A stretch of DNA of 33,263 bases from an uncultured Flavobacteriales bacterium (GTDB lineage: Bacteria; Bacteroidota; Bacteroidia; Flavobacteriales; Schleiferiaceae): contig CAIJMB010000004.1 in assembly GCA_903821715.1 (NCBI GenBank), forward strand, positions 1 through 33,263. The letters are read 5' to 3'. Both the position numbers and the translations under genes were made by a program. Under the pieces are notes generated by a model that was not told the origin of the DNA, made no database searches, and saw only the letters and a program-made list of their open reading frames with translations. Shown one piece after another: positions 17,449 to 25,555 of the stretch. Positions within the stretch are counted from its first letter, which is position 1. Each line of letters opens with the position of its first letter.

Positions 17449-18771
17449 TCAACGGAATTTAGCTTTCATGAACCACTGGTCGTTCAGTGTAACGCCAACG
17501 AAGGCGCGAAGATATTGTTCACGGACGAGACCATTTTGGATACTACCCAATTGCCCGGCACTCAGCCCGAGGTGTAGCGTCGAAACTTTAACGTCTCCAG
17601 GAATAAAACTACGTCCACCAACCGGCATTGCCAACCCAAAGTTGGCGTTCCATCCGGTGACTTCGGTACCATTGAGCACCAGTCCAAATCGGTCGCTGCG
17701 AAACGCGGCGATGTACTGAATCTGACTCCAATAGGACGTCAGACGTCGGTTCGAAAAGGCAAGCATCGGAACCACCGAGGCGTTCGCTACCCACGTCGAT
17801 GTCGGCTGTTGGTAGGCCCCAGGAACTACTGAACCAAAATCCCGTTGCTGTTCCAAATTAATTTGCTCGTAGTGTACGGCAAGCGACCATGCGGGCAGCA
17901 TGGCATTCTTGCGGTTCCGCACCCACCTCAATCCGTATCCAAGACGCGAACCAAGCACAATACTACCCGATGTAGCCGCTCGAGATTGCACGGTATCCAG
18001 CGGAAGTTCGGTTCCCGCAGCGTTCGTATTGAAACTGTAAAGGCTGTAATCTTGCGTAGCCTGAAGTGAGGCGGTGGGTTCGTACTGAATTCCGGCGGTA
18101 ACCTCTTGATCGCCAAACGGCAGAATAAGTTGGCCACCAAACTGCCAGCGCCAGTCGCTTACCGAGACGTGCTCCACCTCTCCAACGTAGTCGTAGCGGG
18201 CATTGGTGAAGTAGAGTTTATTGCTGCGCTCGGCCGTACCGAATAGGTAGCGAGTAGTCGCACCCATCGAGATGTATTTAATGGGCATCCACGACCACGA
18301 AATCGCAGTGGCGTTCAAGCCTCCGCGACCCGTGTAGCGGCGGTACCAGTCACCAAAAGATGAATCTGTTCCGCCTGTTTGAAGGTCGTAGCCCACTGAG
18401 GTGTACGGGCGCAGTGAGCCTGCCAAGGCCATACCCTTACCGAGAGGGACGCCAATTCCGAAATGATTGAAGCCGCCTGTCTGATTGAGCACAATTTTAC
18501 TTGCATTGGATTGACGAATTCCAGACCACTGGCCCCCGAGGTCCAGCGTGGTGTATTTAAGCGCCGAAAGGGCTGCAGGTTGGTCCGGATTGACGTACCA
18601 CGGATTGCGGTCTGCGGAACTCGCGCCGCCAAGAAGTTGCTGGTAAGCGTTGGCTTGGGCGGCGAACCAGCCCGTTCCGAACAGTGAGTACGGACTGACG
18701 GACTGCTGTTGTGCACTCAAGCTCAGGACCGTAGCGAGCATTAGGGCAGTGAGGAAGCGTGGCGTATTCAT
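17449..18771 (-). CDS. Predicted outer-membrane beta-barrel protein of unknown function
   Basis: I prefer the ATG at 18771, which forms an ATGA overlap with the coaX stop. It gives MNTPRFLTALMLATVLSLSAQQ followed by SPYSLFGTGWF. The body has alternating aromatic/Gly-rich beta-strand texture throughout (YSLYSF, LGYGLRW, ANFGLAMPVGG) and an aromatic-rich C-terminal strand (QWFMKAKFR). Confidence 0.65.
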   Translation of the reverse strand: MNTPRFLTALMLATVLSLSAQQQSVSPYSLFGTGWFAAQANAYQQLLGGASSADRNPWYVNPDQPAALSALKYTTLDLGGQWSGIRQSNASKIVLNQTGGFNHFGIGVPLGKGMALAGSLRPYTSVGYDLQTGGTDSSFGDWYRRYTGRGGLNATAISWSWMPIKYISMGATTRYLFGTAERSNKLYFTNARYDYVGEVEHVSVSDWRWQFGGQLILPFGDQEVTAGIQYEPTASLQATQDYSLYSFNTNAAGTELPLDTVQSRAATSGSIVLGSRLGYGLRWVRNRKNAMLPAWSLAVHYEQINLEQQRDFGSVVPGAYQQPTSTWVANASVVPMLAFSNRRLTSYWSQIQYIAAFRSDRFGLVLNGTEVTGWNANFGLAMPVGGRSFIPGDVKVSTLHLGLSAGQLGSIQNGLVREQYLRAFVGVTLNDQWFMKAKFR

Positions 18772-19451
18772 TCTTGTGCAAGGGCCCAGAGTCCTCTGGC
18801 AACCCAATTTTCGTCGGCAAAGATGCCCTTTTTCAAATGATTGACAAAAGTTGGGCCATCTCCACCCGTGACGAGGACAGTTAAATTTGGATTAATTCTT
18901 TCGAAGCGTTCGATTTCTGCGTTGATTTCGTCCACCATCCCTTGCGCCGCACCTCGGCGCATGCTTTGTGCCGTCGTGTGGGTTCGGGGGTCGGAACCGA
19001 GTTCAACAATCGCCTCCAGATCCGGGAGGCTCCCGGTGTGCTTGTGCATCGCCTTCAGCCGACTGGACCACCCAGGGGCTATCGATCCGCCTTGAAAGCG
19101 GCCGTCTTGCGCGAGGTAGCTGTAGGTTAGGCAGGTTCCGAGTGAAATGAGAAGTAATGGCAGATCAGGGTAATGCGTCCGGGCTCCTTCGATCGCCGCA
19201 AGGCGGTCCACCCCCACGGATTCTGAATAATCTACTGCAAAACTCCAGTTCGCCCGAGAAGTGACGACTGTTCCAATGTTCCAATGCCACCCCGCGGAAT
19301 CGCAAATAAAAATTGAGTCGTCACGCGTATTAAGCCACGCTTCACAATCTACTTGCGCTGCACGTGGCCAGGTTTGCTGGTGTTGAACACTTCCGTCTTG
19401 ATTGAAAATCAATACTTTGATGCGTGTGTTGCCGGCGTCTACAGAAATCAT
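18768..19451 (-). CDS. coaX: Type III pantothenate kinase
   Basis: 227 aa. MISVDAGNTRIKV..., IEGARTHYP, GTCLTYS and LVTGGDGP match the CoaX (ASKHA fold) family. Confidence 0.9.
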   Translation of the reverse strand: MISVDAGNTRIKVLIFNQDGSVQHQQTWPRAAQVDCEAWLNTRDDSIFICDSAGWHWNIGTVVTSRANWSFAVDYSESVGVDRLAAIEGARTHYPDLPLLLISLGTCLTYSYLAQDGRFQGGSIAPGWSSRLKAMHKHTGSLPDLEAIVELGSDPRTHTTAQSMRRGAAQGMVDEINAEIERFERINPNLTVLVTGGDGPTFVNHLKKGIFADENWVARGLWALAQE

Positions 19452-19461
19452 GGGAGTGAAG

Positions 19462-19469
19462 CAAAGGTA
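19462..19469 (-). promoter_or_regulatory. -7 promoter box (TACCTTTG) for coaX and the downstream envelope cluster
   Basis: The reverse strand reads TACCTTTG 10 nt upstream of the coaX ATG. It is the left arm of the imperfect palindrome 19452-19500. Confidence 0.45.
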
Positions 19470-19485
19470 TTTCGAATTTGCGCAT

Positions 19486-19493
19486 TACCTTTG
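19486..19493 (+). promoter_or_regulatory. -7 promoter box (TACCTTTG) for tRNA-Phe
   Basis: Perfect TAnnTTTG match 13 nt before the first tRNA nucleotide. It mirrors the coaX box 16 nt away. Confidence 0.55.
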
Positions 19494-19506
19494 CGCTCCC
19501 GATTTT

Positions 19507-19582
19507 GGTTCGGTAGCTCAGTTGGTAGAGCAATGGACTGAAAATCCATGTGTCGACGGTTCGATTCCGCCCCGAACCACCA
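19507..19582 (+). tRNA. tRNA-Phe (anticodon GAA), CCA encoded
   Basis: GGTTCGG/CCGAACC acceptor stem, GCTC-AGTTGGTA-GAGC D arm, ATGGA-CTGAAAA-TCCAT anticodon arm (GAA at 19540-19542), a TTCGATT T loop, discriminator A, then CCA. Confidence 0.95.
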
Positions 19583-19589
19583 AAATCGC

Positions 19590-19620
19590 AAAGCCCCTCA
19601 GTTTTCTGTGGGGCTTTTTT
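19590..19620 (+). terminator. Rho-independent terminator after tRNA-Phe
   Basis: AAAGCCCC (19590-19597) pairs with GGGGCTTT (19610-19617) across a 12-nt loop and runs into a T tract. Confidence 0.8.
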
Positions 19621-19643
19621 ACTTCTGAGCCTTTGGCGAAGCG

Positions 19644-19651
19644 TACCTTTG
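19644..19651 (+). promoter_or_regulatory. -7 promoter box (TACCTTTG) 4 nt upstream of the ATG at 19656
   Basis: The sequence reads TACCTTTG-gcgc-ATG. Confidence 0.45.
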
Positions 19652-19655
19652 GCGC

Positions 19656-19934
19656 ATGGCTACCCAGCTAAAATGCACCCACTGCGGCGATTGGGGCGAG
19701 GACCCAACTGGCTGCCCCTCGTGCGGCACTCCGCGCAACGTACACAGCACCTTTGCCAACCAAGGCAATCCGGAACGATTTAAAGCATTTGAAATGCCTG
19801 CGATGCAATGGAATACTGACCCCAAGATCCCCACATGGAAGCGAAGCATCATCAACACCGGCAAGGCACTGAATTGGATGGTGCTCGCCGTGGGTGGCGC
19901 CATAGCCTGGATGGCATACTGGGTAGCGGTATAA
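19656..19934 (+). CDS. Hypothetical zinc-ribbon protein with a C-terminal TM anchor
   Basis: 92 aa. CTHCGDWGEDPTGCPSCG (CxxC-N10-CxxC) is followed by a hydrophobic C-terminus, WMVLAVGGAIAWMAYWVAV. It has its own promoter-like box. I recognise no family. Confidence 0.5.
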   Translation: MATQLKCTHCGDWGEDPTGCPSCGTPRNVHSTFANQGNPERFKAFEMPAMQWNTDPKIPTWKRSIINTGKALNWMVLAVGGAIAWMAYWVAV

Positions 19935-20008
19935 ACCCGCTGGCCCTGATTGCCTTGGGCGCATTCGTGGCGCATCAGGGATTCATTGCGGCAGACGTGC
20001 ATCTAACC

Positions 20009-20263
20009 ATGGCAGATTCCCATCTGGACCCGTTGTGCACGGTACCGGTGGCTTTAGGAATACCGAGCATCCTTGCACGAAGAATTCAACCTGATTTTAT
20101 GCTAACATGGTGGGCGGTAGCGTGTTTTACCGCGGCACTTGCTGTCGCTTTTGAAGTATGGATTCCCAACGTTGACACTCGTTTCACTGCAGATCCGATA
20201 GACGTCCTTGCCTACTTCACCGGTGCAGGAATTTGGCGTTTTGTTGAACCTCTCGGTCGATAA
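20009..20263 (+). CDS. Small polytopic membrane protein, possibly VanZ-like; start uncertain
   Basis: Coordinates run from the first ATG of the 142-aa track ORF. In-frame TTG (19955) and GTG (19967) codons would add one more hydrophobic helix. AFEVW....RF.ADPIDVLAYFTGAG resembles the E..Q...R..D..D...N..G end of VanZ-type proteins. The part of the track ORF before 19935 overlaps the preceding gene and is rejected. Confidence 0.4.
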   Translation: MADSHLDPLCTVPVALGIPSILARRIQPDFMLTWWAVACFTAALAVAFEVWIPNVDTRFTADPIDVLAYFTGAGIWRFVEPLGR

Positions 20264-20268
20264 GCGGT

Positions 20269-20276
20269 TACTTTTG
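20269..20276 (+). promoter_or_regulatory. -7 promoter box (TACTTTTG) upstream of the HMG-CoA reductase gene
   Basis: Perfect TAnnTTTG match 15 nt before the ATG at 20292. Confidence 0.5.
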
Positions 20277-20291
20277 CATTAAACCTTAGAC

Positions 20292-21644
20292 ATGAAGCGT
20301 AGCAACCTCCAAATTCGTGGCTTTTCGAAGTTGAGTAAGTCCGCCAAAATAACCTGGCTGACCGAGCAGCACCTGAGCAACCCCGAGCAGGGTCAGGCCC
20401 TCATCGCTTCGTACAACCACGGCGACGAAAGCGTTCAAAAGCGCCACGATGAATTCATCGAAAACACCGTCGCCAACTACTTTCTGCCGCTGGGGGTAGC
20501 TCCCAACTTTTTGATTAACGGTCAGGTATACACGGTTCCGATGGCCATCGAAGAAAGTTCAGTGGTCGCTGCCGCTGCCAAATCCGCACAGTTCTGGATG
20601 GACCGCGGCGGATTCGTTTCTACGGTTCTGTCGACGACCAAAATTGGGCACATTCACTTCACCTTCACTGGCGACGCCTCAGCCCTCACCACCTTGGTCG
20701 CGCGCATTCAGCCTGAATTGCTCGCAGCTACAGAAGGCATTACCTCCAACATGCGTGCGCGCGGCGGAGGCATCTTGAGCATCGAGCTCAAGAACCGCCG
20801 CACGGCCATGGACGACTACTTTCAGCTCGAAGTCCGCTTTGAAACCCGTGATTCGATGGGGGCTAACTTCATCAATTCCTGCCTCGAAGAGATGGCCAAG
20901 GTGCTCCGCCTCGAAGCGGCCACCGACGCCGGCACGGCCAGTGGCGACCTCGAAGTAGTAATGTGCATTTTGAGCAACTACACCCCCGAGTGCATTGTGC
21001 GGTCCGAAGTCCGCTGCGCCCTCGAAGATTTGGACGACGGCTCTGGTATCGACGTCCATGAATTTGCCCGTAAGTTTCAGCGTGCGGTGCGCATTGCTGA
21101 AGTGGAACCGTACCGTGCTGCCACCCACAACAAAGGCATCATGAACGGCATTGACGCCGTCGTGCTCGCCACCGGCAACGACTTCAGGGCCGTAGAAGCG
21201 GCGTGCCATACCTACGCCTCGCGAGATGGCCAGTACCGCTCACTTACGCACTGCTCCGTGGACAACGGCGAGTTCCGTTTTTGGATCGAGGTTCCGCTCT
21301 CACTCGGAACCGTCGGTGGACTGACCAAACTGCACCCTTTAGTGCAGCTCTCCCTCGAAGCACTTGGGAACCCCGGAGCAGAAGAACTCATGGGCATCAT
21401 CGCCGCCTCGGGACTGGCACAGAATTTTGCGGCACTTCGGGCGCTCACGACCACGGGCATTCAAAAGGGCCACATGAAGATGCACTTGCTCAACATCCTC
21501 AACCAGCTTGAGGCCACTGATGCCGAAAAAGCAGAATTGACGGCGTTTTTTGCCGACAAGGTTCCGCACCACGCCGAAGTGGTCGCTGCGTTTTGCAGGT
21601 TGCGCGGAATCCCGGTTCCGGCCGCTGAAGGCGTCGCGCGATGA
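20292..21644 (+). CDS. mvaA: Class II hydroxymethylglutaryl-CoA reductase (mevalonate pathway)
   Basis: 450 aa. ENTVANYFLPLGVAPNFLINGQ..VPMAIEESSVVAAA, RDSMGANFIN, HNKGIMNGIDAVVLATGND, LGTVGG and a C-terminal flap with GHMKMH match bacterial class II HMGR. Confidence 0.9.
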   Translation: MKRSNLQIRGFSKLSKSAKITWLTEQHLSNPEQGQALIASYNHGDESVQKRHDEFIENTVANYFLPLGVAPNFLINGQVYTVPMAIEESSVVAAAAKSAQFWMDRGGFVSTVLSTTKIGHIHFTFTGDASALTTLVARIQPELLAATEGITSNMRARGGGILSIELKNRRTAMDDYFQLEVRFETRDSMGANFINSCLEEMAKVLRLEAATDAGTASGDLEVVMCILSNYTPECIVRSEVRCALEDLDDGSGIDVHEFARKFQRAVRIAEVEPYRAATHNKGIMNGIDAVVLATGNDFRAVEAACHTYASRDGQYRSLTHCSVDNGEFRFWIEVPLSLGTVGGLTKLHPLVQLSLEALGNPGAEELMGIIAASGLAQNFAALRALTTTGIQKGHMKMHLLNILNQLEATDAEKAELTAFFADKVPHHAEVVAAFCRLRGIPVPAAEGVAR

Positions 21645-22495
21645 GCCGATGGTGGAGCGCAGGTAAGCTGCTGCTGAGCGGCGAATACTGGGTGCTCCAC
21701 GGCGCTGAATCGCTTGCGGTTCCGACTCAAAAGGGTCAGTCACTTGAATTTCAAGACACCAACAGTCCCCTCAAGTGGACGGCCCTAGATGTTCATGGGA
21801 ATGCGTGGCTCGACGCCGAGGCATTGACCGACGCACACCTCGCGAAGTTGCTCGAAGCAGCGCGGAATTTGGGCGGAAGCGTGCCATCCCACGGGCACGT
21901 CACCACCCGACTTGAGTTTGAACGCAGTTGGGGCTGGGGATCGTCCTCAACCCTCACCGACTTGATCGCGCAGTGGACCGGCGTGGACGCCATGGCGCTC
22001 CACTTTGCCACATCCAAAGGGTCCGGATTCGATGTGGCGAGTGCCCGTGCAGACGGGGCGCTCATGTACCGCAAGACGGGCGAAGATTCCGCCGAATGGC
22101 ACAACGTAGCGTCAGGCCACTGGCCCACAGCGCACTTTGGACTCGTCTACCTCGGCGCGAAGCAAGACAGCCAAGTCGAGGTGGCCAAAGCGAGGCGCCT
22201 GCCGCTTCGCGATGAAATTGAAGCCATTAGTCGCCTCAGCCACCAACTCGCAGCGGGACAGACGGCAGAGGAATGGGCCTCGACCGCCAAAGAGCTTGAA
22301 GCACGCACGGCGGAGTGGATCGCCACCCCTCAAGTGCAGGACCGCTTTCCCGACGCTCCCGCGACGCTGAAGAGCTTAGGCGCATGGGGAGGGGACTTTG
22401 CCCTCGCCATCTGCCCCGACCCCGAAGATTTGGCGTATTTTTCACGAAAGGGATTGTTTACCCTGCCATGGTCCGACTGCGTACACTTACCGTAG
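21641..22495 (+). CDS. GHMP-kinase-like protein (the Bacteroidota family annotated as GYDIA GHMP kinase; presumed mevalonate-pathway kinase)
   Basis: 284 aa. N-terminal GKLLLSGEYWVLHGAESLAVP is the typical mevalonate/phosphomevalonate kinase opening. GWGSSSTL is the GHMP motif II analogue. GSGFDVAS corresponds to the GSGYDIA motif that names the family (from memory). ATGA-coupled to the HMGR gene. Confidence 0.65.
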   Translation: MSRWWSAGKLLLSGEYWVLHGAESLAVPTQKGQSLEFQDTNSPLKWTALDVHGNAWLDAEALTDAHLAKLLEAARNLGGSVPSHGHVTTRLEFERSWGWGSSSTLTDLIAQWTGVDAMALHFATSKGSGFDVASARADGALMYRKTGEDSAEWHNVASGHWPTAHFGLVYLGAKQDSQVEVAKARRLPLRDEIEAISRLSHQLAAGQTAEEWASTAKELEARTAEWIATPQVQDRFPDAPATLKSLGAWGGDFALAICPDPEDLAYFSRKGLFTLPWSDCVHLP

Positions 22496-24659
22496 CACTG
22501 CTGCTCCTTTGGGGGCTTGCAGCTCAGGCTGCCCACCTGGTGGGCGGAGAGCTGACCTATACCTGCCTCGGAAACAACCAGTACCAGATCAAACTGGTGG
22601 TGTACCGCGACTGCAACTCAACCGGTGCGCAGCTCGACCCAACCGTATCGATTGGCATTTACGACGGAATCCAAAACCTTCTGATCCACAACCTTCAGGT
22701 AAACAAGGGGCCGACGATTGGTGTGCCCGCCAATACGGGGAACCCCTGCCTTCAGGCTCCGCCCAATATCTGCACAGAGTACGCGACCTACACGACCGTC
22801 GTACAGCTCCCGCAGCGCACGAACGGCTACGTGATCACATGGCAGCGCTGCTGCCGCAATGCAACAATCAGCAACATACCCACTCCCGACGACTGGGGCT
22901 CGACGCTGATGGCGCGCGTGCCGCCCATGGACCAGTGCAACAACAGTCCGCAGTGGAACAGCCTGCCACCCATCGTACTGTGCAACCAAGAGACCCTTCG
23001 GATTCCGAGCATCGCCACCGACCCGACGGCGACTCGCTCTACTACCGACTCGTCAACCCGCTGCACGGAGGCGGAAAGAACAACGGGACTGGATTCAACA
23101 CCCCCGCCCCTAGCCCACCCGCACCGCCTCCCTATGTTCCAATCACCTTTTTGAACCCTACGACGCCTACGAATCCCATACCGGGAAACCCGTCCTTGAG
23201 TATTAACGGGACTACCGGAACCTTAACCGGGTTTCTCAATGTCACCGGACAGTTCGTGCTCGCTATCGAGGTTGAGGAATGGAGAAGCGGGGCGCTTTTG
23301 AACACCGTCCGCCGCGACTACCAGTTCAATGTGACCTCGTGCCAAGCGTTTATTAAGGCAGACATTGTTTCAGAAGTGGACGATCCCGAGCAGATTTGCA
23401 TTGGGGCGACGGTTCCATTTTTTCACGAGTCCATCAATGCAACAACATTTTGGTGGGATTTTGGTGATCCGAGCCGCAGCGATGACACCTCTCGCCTCGC
23501 ATTTCCGACCTGGACGTTTAGCGACACCGGTGAATTCTGGGTAACGCTTGTGGCCAATCCCGGCTGGCCCTGTGCCGACACGGACCGCGTTAAGTTCCAT
23601 ATCTACCCGCCCATCAATCCGAGTTTTACGCACGACGGCGGCCCATGCTTTGATCAGCAGCCCGTCACGTTTACCGCGTTCGGAACCTGGTTTGACGGCG
23701 CACAGTTTGATTGGACGTTTGGGGCTCCGGGCGACGCTTCACTGGCAAATTGGTCCGGCGAATTCCCGCCTCCCGTTCAGTTTCTTCAGCCCGGAACCTA
23801 CCCGGTCACCCTGCGCATTCAGTCCAAATCCTGCGACGAATCCTACCTCGATTCGGTGGTGGTTGATCCGCGACCCCGACTCGACAGTGCCATTGGGCCG
23901 TGGGTGGGCTGCGAACCCTACACGCTCGTCTTTGATGCGGGGGCATTTGCCCGCCGCACAACCTACTTCGAATGGGATTTCGGAGATGGCTCAGGGGACA
24001 CGGTGGAGTCTCCCGTGCACACCTACACGGTACCGGGCTTGTACGACGTTCGGGTGCGCATGTGGACCGAAACGGGCTGCCGCGACACGGTAGAAAAGAT
24101 CTTTCCGGGGGCTATTCGGGTGAATCCAAGGCCGGTATTGGGCATGACGATTGCGCCCAAGACGGTGTCGATTTACCAACCTTTGGTTCAGGTGCGTGCT
24201 GACTCAGTGGACGCCGACGAGCAGTTCTGGTTTGACATGGGCGATTCGTCTCTCTACGCCCAAGAGGCCTTTGTCGTGCACCTCTACCGCGATACCGGAA
24301 CCTTTGTGGTGCGCCGCATCGCCGTAAATCAGTTTGGGTGCTGGGACACCCTTGTAGACTCGGTTCGCGTCAACCCCATCTATAATGTGTGGTCGCCCAC
24401 CGCGTTTACGCCGAACGGAGACGGCGGGAACGAGGGCTTTCGGCCCGTTGCAACCGGCATTACGCAGTACCGCCTTCACATAATGGACCGGTGGGGCAAC
24501 GTGGTCTTTCGGAGTGAAAATGCGCTTGAAGAATGGAACGGACGCGTGCACAACGTTGGGGCCGAATGCCCCGAGGGTGCCTACGTGTGGTCGCTGTTTA
24601 CGCTTGATTTTGGGGATTCCCCCGTCGAGCAGCAGGGCGTCGTGCTACTTGTTCGCTAA
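22468..24659 (+). pseudogene. T9SS type-B sorting-domain adhesin-like protein interrupted by one frameshift near 23023-23027
   Basis: The N-terminal part is in the frame of track ORF 22315..23154: MVRLRTLTVALLLLWGLAAQAAHLVGGELTYTCLGNNQYQIKLVVYRDC...LCNQETLRIPSIATDP. The rest is in the frame of track ORF 22398..24659: DGDSLYYRLVNPLHGGG..., PKD-like repeats (WDFGD...) and the CTD FTPNGDGGNEGF...DRWGNVVF. Outside these segments both frames read as Arg/Pro-rich nonsense. Joining them at 23025 gives ...SIATDP|DGDSLYY..., a normal DxDGD junction. Confidence 0.8.
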
Positions 24660-25007
24660 GGCGTAGGCTGCGGCGGCAGCGCCGATGCTCAGCACCAAGG
24701 TTACCGTCACGTAACCCAAGGCCATCAGCCATGAACCCGTTTTGGCCCACTGTAGGGCTTCCCAACTAAAGGTGCTCATGGTACTGAATCCGCCGCACAC
24801 CCCCGTGGCGAGTGCAAGCTGAATCCGCGCGTCAGGATGGGGCCGCGCCATGAGGTAGCCAAGTAGTGCTGCCGCTGCGACGTTGGCCACTAGAGTGGCG
24901 GTGGAAGCGGTGAGTAGCGGGGCCTCTGCGCGCTTGAGTAGGACCGTCAATGACCAGCGAAGAAGGCTGCCGAAGGCTCCGCCCAAGGCTACGGCAAACG
25001 GATTCAT
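24645..25007 (-). CDS. crcB: Fluoride ion channel CrcB/FluC
   Basis: 120 aa with 4 TM segments. GGAFGSLLRW and GFCGGFSTMSTF-like (here GVCGGFSTMSTFS) are CrcB signatures. Confidence 0.9.
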   Translation of the reverse strand: MNPFAVALGGAFGSLLRWSLTVLLKRAEAPLLTASTATLVANVAAAALLGYLMARPHPDARIQLALATGVCGGFSTMSTFSWEALQWAKTGSWLMALGYVTVTLVLSIGAAAAAYALANK

Positions 25008-25555
25008 AGTCCCGAAGATAGAGGGCGAATGCGGAGAATGAGGCGACCGACTGCGATTCCGAGCAGTGCGCCGGCCAGCACGTCACCCGGATAGTGCACG
25101 CCGAGGTATACCCGCGAAAAGGGGACCGCCAAGGCCCACATCACTGCCAACACCAAGAGCCATCGACCAGGCCGTGAAGCCACGTATACCGTCAGCAAAG
25201 CCCAGGTGGTGGCCGCATGGCCTGAGACAAAGCCAAAGGCTCCGCGGCACGTGGCCACAGCGCGAAATTCACCCTCGAGGGCCCAGCACGGCCGAGGACG
25301 TTCGATACTGTTTTTGAGTAAGGTGGCGACCCAATCCGAAGCCGCAAAGGCGGCTAACAGGGTAATCAAAAGCCAAAACCAGGCACTGAGTGAGAATTTT
25401 GGGCGCTGGACCGCCCATAAGACGAGCCAGATGGCGAGTGCAACCCAAGTATTGGAAACCGCTGTACACAGTAGGTCCGCCCAGGGTCCACCATGGCCAG
25501 CGAGGTCGAGAAAGACCGAGCGGTCTAGTCGATCGAGCGATTCAATGAATCCCAC
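25004..25555 (-). CDS. PAP2-family phosphatase (membrane lipid phosphate / undecaprenyl-PP phosphatase-like)
   Basis: 183 aa with a GTG start. The KxxxxxxRP (KNSIERPRP), SGH (VSGHAAT) and SRxxxxxHxxxD (SRVYLGVHYPGDV) acid-phosphatase motifs are all present. Confidence 0.85.
   Translation of the reverse strand: MGFIESLDRLDRSVFLDLAGHGGPWADLLCTAVSNTWVALAIWLVLWAVQRPKFSLSAWFWLLITLLAAFAASDWVATLLKNSIERPRPCWALEGEFRAVATCRGAFGFVSGHAATTWALLTVYVASRPGRWLLVLAVMWALAVPFSRVYLGVHYPGDVLAGALLGIAVGRLILRIRPLSSGL

Noticed and set aside
19583-20291. Genomic island or integrated element at the tRNA-Phe 3' end.
   Set aside because: There is no integrase or recombinase, no direct repeat of the tRNA 3' end and no visible shift in composition. 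The interval is only ~700 bp with two small ORFs.
22315-22467. N-terminal extension of the adhesin ORF (MDRHPSSAGPLSRRSRDAEELRR...), and the first ~210 codons of ORF 22398..24659.
   Set aside because: Both overlap the GHMP-like kinase gene or the real adhesin frame and read as Arg/Pro-rich nonsense. The signal peptide starts at the ATG at 22468.
23018-23027. Programmed -1 ribosomal frameshift in the adhesin gene.
   Set aside because: There is no X_XXY_YYZ slippery heptamer and I saw no obvious downstream stimulatory structure. A simple indel or consensus error is more parsimonious.
25008-25555. Fluoride riboswitch upstream of crcB.
   Set aside because: crcB overlaps the PAP2 gene by 4 nt, so there is no non-coding leader, and I saw no riboswitch-like conserved stretch by eye. 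A cmsearch run would be decisive.
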